A model generated the notes under the pieces. That model did no database searches and was not told the DNA's origin. It saw nothing but the letters and a program-made list of their open reading frames with translations. The translations under genes were made by a program, and so were the position numbers. DNA of 64,000 bases. Source: Polyangiaceae bacterium. Its GTDB lineage: Bacteria; Myxococcota_A; Polyangia; Polyangiales; Polyangiaceae. Below, in pieces: positions 58,617 to 64,000 of this stretch. The DNA is taken from positions 288,001 through 352,000 of the forward strand of contig JAPSGB010000003.1 of assembly GCA_035063585.1 (NCBI GenBank). Reading direction: 5' to 3'. Position 1 is the first letter of the stretch; each line of letters opens with the position of its first letter.

Positions 58617-59881
58617 TCACGGAATGCGATGGATCACCGCCGGGCTGTCGACGCCGCCGTCCGCGGCGTGATCCGTCACCACGAACACCGTGGAGGCCGA
58701 CGGGGTCGCGGTGGTCTCGAAGGTGCATGACGTCCTCGACGCCAAGAACGGCGAGAGGACGTTGACGCCGAGCGCGTCCGCCGGCGCGCGATTGTAGAGC
58801 ACCGTGCCGGTGGCGGCGCGCTGAGCGCTCACTGGCAGGAGCCCTGCGCTGGTGATGAGCCCCGACATCTCACCTCGACCTCCGCCCCCCGAGGTGACGA
58901 CGATTACCCCTCCTCGAGCCAGGAAGTCGGAGAGCGTGCTCGCCCAAGCGGTGCCGAGCGCTCCGAGCGCGCCGGCCGGCGCGGCCTCCTCGTCGTACAC
59001 GAGGAACACCTCGTAATCGAAGCCCGCGAGCCTCGTTTGCACGTCCGCGCTCGAGGTGGCCGCCGTGAGGGTGAACGTCCGGCCCTTCGCGCTTGCGTAC
59101 CAGCCGAGCGCCTGGTTCACCCGGGTTCGGGTCGCGTTCGATGCGTACTCTCCGTAGGTCAAGATTCGCACTGGGCTCGCGACCGGAAGGAACACTGCGT
59201 TGCCGAGCAGCGTGGTCTGCGGGGAGCTCTGGAAGTTCTGTTCGAAGCTCATGCAGAGCAGGGCGATGTGCCCCGCGGTCGCGCCCAGGCAGTGTCCAGC
59301 CTCGCAGATCCCGCTCGGGCAGAACCGCCCGCACGAGCCGCAGTTCAGCGGATCCGAGTCGAGATCCACGCAGGCGTTCGCGCACAGGACGAGCGGCGGC
59401 GGGCACATGATGGAGCCGTCACCGGTGGAGCCGTCACCGGTGGAGCCGTCACCGGTGGAGCCGTCACCCGCGGAGCCGTCGCCCGCGGAGCCGTCGCCCG
59501 CGGAGCCGTCGCCCGCGGAGCCGTCGCCGGCGGAGCCGTCGCCCGCGGAGCCGTCGCCCGCGGAGCCGTCGCCGGCGGAGCCGTCGCCCGCGGAGCCGTC
59601 GCCCGCGGAGCCGTCGCCCGCGGAGCCGTCGCCCGCGGAGCCGTCGCCCGCGGAGCCGTCGCCGGCGTCGTTCGAGCCGCATACGCCGGCCGTGCAGGCT
59701 TGCCCCTCGTCGCAGGTGCGCCCGCAGGCGCCGCAGTTGCGCGCGTCGCTCGCGAGCGAGACGCACGCGCCGTCGCAGCGCGTGAGCCCGTCGCGGCAGT
59801 CGCCGCCGACCACGCCGGTGTCTCCGCACGCGGCCGGGAGGCCGAGCGCCAAGAGCGCGGCGAGCGCCAGGTGTCGGAGCT

Positions 59882-59885
<4 letters not shown>
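58617..59885 (-). CDS. Cys-rich lipoprotein with a (GDGSA/T)17 linker
   Basis: [20 protein letters not shown]; two C-V-x-L-x-SD-xx-NCGxCG modules flank the repeat; GGAGG RBS; ATG overlaps the ompA stop. Confidence 0.88.
59412..59666. repeat. 15-bp coding tandem repeat, 17 copies (GDGSA/T)
   Basis: ggagccgtc(g/a)cc(c/g)g(c/t) repeated over 255 bp. Confidence 0.95.
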
Positions 59886-61366
<1,481 letters not shown>

Positions 61367-61581
61367 GAATATGCACGAACCGTTCCTCGCTGTCCATATT
61401 CGGAACTACGTGGAAGCTCAGCAGGTTTCCCTGCGCTCCGGCCGCTCGCTGGGTCATCCGGACCTCTTCCGGCGTTCGCGTCGTGGGCGGCGAGTCCGAG
61501 TGACCTTCTCTTTCGCGGGCTCGTCGCCCGACCTCGCTCGTCGCCGCTGCGCGCGCCGCGCGATAGCGATAGAGTGCGCCG

Positions 61582-62397
61582 ATGACGCCGCGCGTTCGCG
61601 CGCCCGCGGTCGCCGGGCGCTTCTATCCCGCGGACGCCGCGGGTCTCGAGCGTGGCGTCGAGGCGCTCCTCGGCGCGGAGGCAGCGCCCCCCGAATCGGC
61701 GCTCGCGGTCATGGTCCCGCACGCGGGCTACGCCTATAGCGGCGCGATCGCCGGCGCGACCTTCGCGCGGGTGCGCGTGCCGGCGCGTGCGGTCGTGCTC
61801 TGCCCGAACCACACCGGAGTCGGCGCGTCGCGCGCGCTCTGGGCCTCCGGCATCTGGGAGCTTCCCGGTGGAGCGATCGAGGTGGATGCCGAGCTCGGGG
61901 AGCGGCTGTCCATCGAGGCGGGCGTGGTGGATGACCCGCGCGCGCACCTCGGCGAGCACGCCATCGAGGTCGAGTTGCCGCTGCTGCGCGCGCGTCGCGC
62001 GGACGTGAAGCTCACGCCGCTGGTGCTCGGCCGGCTCCCGCTCGCCGCCTGTCACGAGGTCGGCGAGGGGCTCGCGCGCGCCATCGACGAGGTCGGCCGA
62101 GACCAGGTGCTCGTGGTGGCGAGCAGCGATCTGTCGCACTACGTCTCGGCCGAGCGCGCCGCCGAGCTCGACCGGCTCGCGCTCGCCCGGGTCGAGGCGC
62201 TCGACCCGGACGGGCTCTACGAGGTCGTCGGGCGCGAGCACCTCTCGATGTGCGGCTTCATCCCGGTCACCGTCATGCTGGTCGCGGCGCGCGCGCTCGG
62301 CGCGACCCGGGCCACGCTGGTCCGCTACGGCCACTCCGGCGAGGTCACGGGCGATCGCTCGCGCGTGGTCGGCTACGCGGGCGTCGTCATCGCGTGA
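61582..62397 (+). CDS. amrB: AmmeMemoRadiSam system protein B (Memo family)
   Basis: Motifs RAPAVAGRFYP, PHAGYAYSG, PNHTG, EHAIEVELP, ASSDLSHY, SMCG, VVGYAG. Confidence 0.95.
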   Translation: MTPRVRAPAVAGRFYPADAAGLERGVEALLGAEAAPPESALAVMVPHAGYAYSGAIAGATFARVRVPARAVVLCPNHTGVGASRALWASGIWELPGGAIEVDAELGERLSIEAGVVDDPRAHLGEHAIEVELPLLRARRADVKLTPLVLGRLPLAACHEVGEGLARAIDEVGRDQVLVVASSDLSHYVSAERAAELDRLALARVEALDPDGLYEVVGREHLSMCGFIPVTVMLVAARALGATRATLVRYGHSGEVTGDRSRVVGYAGVVIA

Positions 62398-62445
62398 GCT
62401 GCGCGGCTCGACGCGGGAGCCTCGCGCCATTACGTTGTCGAGACC

Positions 62446-63009
62446 ATGTCAGATCTCGCTCCCGGGCTCCTGGTGGCGGCGCCGCCGCTCGGCGACCCGA
62501 ACTTCGATCGCTCCGTGGTGCTCCTCGCGTCGCACGGCCCGGAGGGCGCGTTCGGCTGGGTCATCAACGGGCGCGAGGTCATGACGCTGCAGGAGCTCCT
62601 GGTTCGCGCCGAGGTCACCACCGAGCTGGTGGACGTCGCCGGCAGCGTGCGGATCGGAGGCCCGGTGAGCCCCGAGCAGGTGTGGCTCGTCTACCGCACC
62701 GAGCACCGCCTCGCGGAGCTCGAGGGTCAGTTCGAGGTCGGTGAGGGCATCACCGCGACCGCGTCGCGCAAGGTGCTCGAGGCGGTCGCCGCCGGCCAGT
62801 TCGCGAACCCGCTGGTCGGGCTGGTCGGCTACGCGGGCTGGGCGCCGAGCCAGCTCGAGAACGAGATCCGATCGGGCGCGTGGCTGCCGACCGACGTCGA
62901 GCCGTCGATCGTGTTCGACTGCCCGCGCGACCGCGTCTGGACGCGCGCCTACGAGCGCGTGGGGACCACGCCCATCGCCTTCACGTCGCGGACGGTCGGC
63001 TCGGCTTGA
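62446..63009 (+). CDS. YqgE/AlgH (UPF0301) family protein
   Basis: Motifs LLVA.P.LGDPNFDRSVV, GGPV, GYAGWAPSQLENEI. Confidence 0.95.
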   Translation: MSDLAPGLLVAAPPLGDPNFDRSVVLLASHGPEGAFGWVINGREVMTLQELLVRAEVTTELVDVAGSVRIGGPVSPEQVWLVYRTEHRLAELEGQFEVGEGITATASRKVLEAVAAGQFANPLVGLVGYAGWAPSQLENEIRSGAWLPTDVEPSIVFDCPRDRVWTRAYERVGTTPIAFTSRTVGSA

Positions 63010-63872
63010 CGCGCGGCGCGCGGGTCACCTGGGCCGCGCTCGGCGGCGCCGCGCTCGCGCTCTCCGCGTTCGGGAGCGCGAGCGCCGGCGATCCGCCCGC
63101 GCCGCGCGCGCGCCCGCGCGGCTGCCCGCCCGAGATGGCGCGAGTCGGCGAGTATTGCATCGATCGCTGGGAGGCGTCCATGGTCGACCGCCGCACCGGC
63201 AACCCGCTCTCGCCGTACTATCCGCCGGCGCGCGTGCTGCTCCGCCGCGTGCGCGCGGTCTGGGAGACGGAGCGCCTCGCGGAGGGCAGCCCGGGGGCGC
63301 GCGCGCTCCCGCTCCCCGATATTTCCACGTGGCAACGAACCCACGCGTTCGAGCCGAAGGCGGTGTCGCGTCCGGGGGTCGTGCCGCAGGGCTACCTCAG
63401 CTATCACCTGGCCAAGAGGGCCTGCGAAAACGCTGGCAAGCGCCTCTGCACGGAAGATGAGTGGGTGACCGCGTGCAAGGGTCGGCGCGGCACCGCGCAG
63501 CCCTACGGCCCGGCCTTCGAGCGCGCGCGCTGCAACGTCTTTCGGCGCATCCATCCCGCCGCGGTGCTCCACGACGACGCGTCGGTCGGTCACACCGATC
63601 CGCGCCTCAACCTCGTCGTGGAGGACGGCCAGTGGCCGCTGCTCGCGCTCACCGGGGCGACCACCGGGTGCGTGAGCCAGTGGGGCGCGGACGGCGTCTA
63701 CGACATGGTCGGCAACCTGGACGAGTGGATCGCCGACGAGCACGGGGTGTTCGTCGGTGGGTTCTACGCGCGCTCCACCACCAAGGGCTGTGAGGCGCGG
63801 GTCGCGAGCCACGCCCCCGCCTACTACGACTACTCGCTCGGGACGCGCTGCTGCGCCGACGCCGCGCGCTGA
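63006..63872 (+). CDS. Exported FGE/SUMF1-domain protein
   Basis: TTGA overlap with the upstream stop; motifs YCIDRWE, KRLCTEDEW, DMVGNLDEW, GTRCC. Confidence 0.85.
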   Translation: MTRGARVTWAALGGAALALSAFGSASAGDPPAPRARPRGCPPEMARVGEYCIDRWEASMVDRRTGNPLSPYYPPARVLLRRVRAVWETERLAEGSPGARALPLPDISTWQRTHAFEPKAVSRPGVVPQGYLSYHLAKRACENAGKRLCTEDEWVTACKGRRGTAQPYGPAFERARCNVFRRIHPAAVLHDDASVGHTDPRLNLVVEDGQWPLLALTGATTGCVSQWGADGVYDMVGNLDEWIADEHGVFVGGFYARSTTKGCEARVASHAPAYYDYSLGTRCCADAAR

Positions 63873-63890
63873 CCCGCCTCCGGCCCTACT

Positions 63891-63917
63891 AGTGAACGAA
63901 ATCAAGAATGGTTCACT
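63891..63917. other. Inverted repeat AGTGAAC-N13-GTTCACT
   Basis: Read directly in an AT-rich intergenic patch. Confidence 0.55.
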
Positions 63918-64000
63918 CGAGGCGAACCTGCCTCGCGACCGGCGGCGGTCTCCAGGTTTTGCCGGTCCGGCGCGGAACCCCGCGGCGCGCCGCCTCAGGC

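Overview
Very GC-rich bacterial DNA whose gene repertoire (AgmX/PglI-type C-terminal domains, a MYXO-CTERM-like tail, many Cys/Gly-rich lipoproteins, OmpA with TSP3 repeats) points to a myxobacterium, probably Polyangiaceae/Sorangiineae (inference). About 43 CDSs are supportable. Housekeeping genes include sucA-sucB-lpdA, amtB, an acyl-CoA dehydrogenase, FKBP, Memo/AmrB and YqgE/AlgH, mixed with many exported proteins of unknown function. I saw no rRNA, tRNA, CRISPR array, transposase or integrase. The best leads are: (1) an exported lipoprotein kinase with close motif-level similarity to eukaryotic Fam20C/Fam20B, translationally coupled to an orphan DNA methyltransferase; (2) a coupled pair of giant FecR-VIT-vWA-AgmX/TonB-C-TPR envelope proteins, one with an intact and one with a degenerate MIDAS motif; (3) an (ACGC)5 tract that puts the best-RBS ATG of a beta-propeller lipoprotein out of frame (candidate phase variation); (4) a PcfJ-like plus NERD-SF1 helicase pair (candidate defence or accessory module); (5) an HTH plus degenerate STAND-like protein downstream of an AT-rich nested palindrome with a dif-like core; (6) a TraB-like OmpA/TSP3 gene coupled to a (GDGSA)17 lipoprotein; (7) twin ACTGAC-N6-GTCAGT operators exactly 200 bp apart. 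All family calls come from motif recognition by eye; no database search was run.
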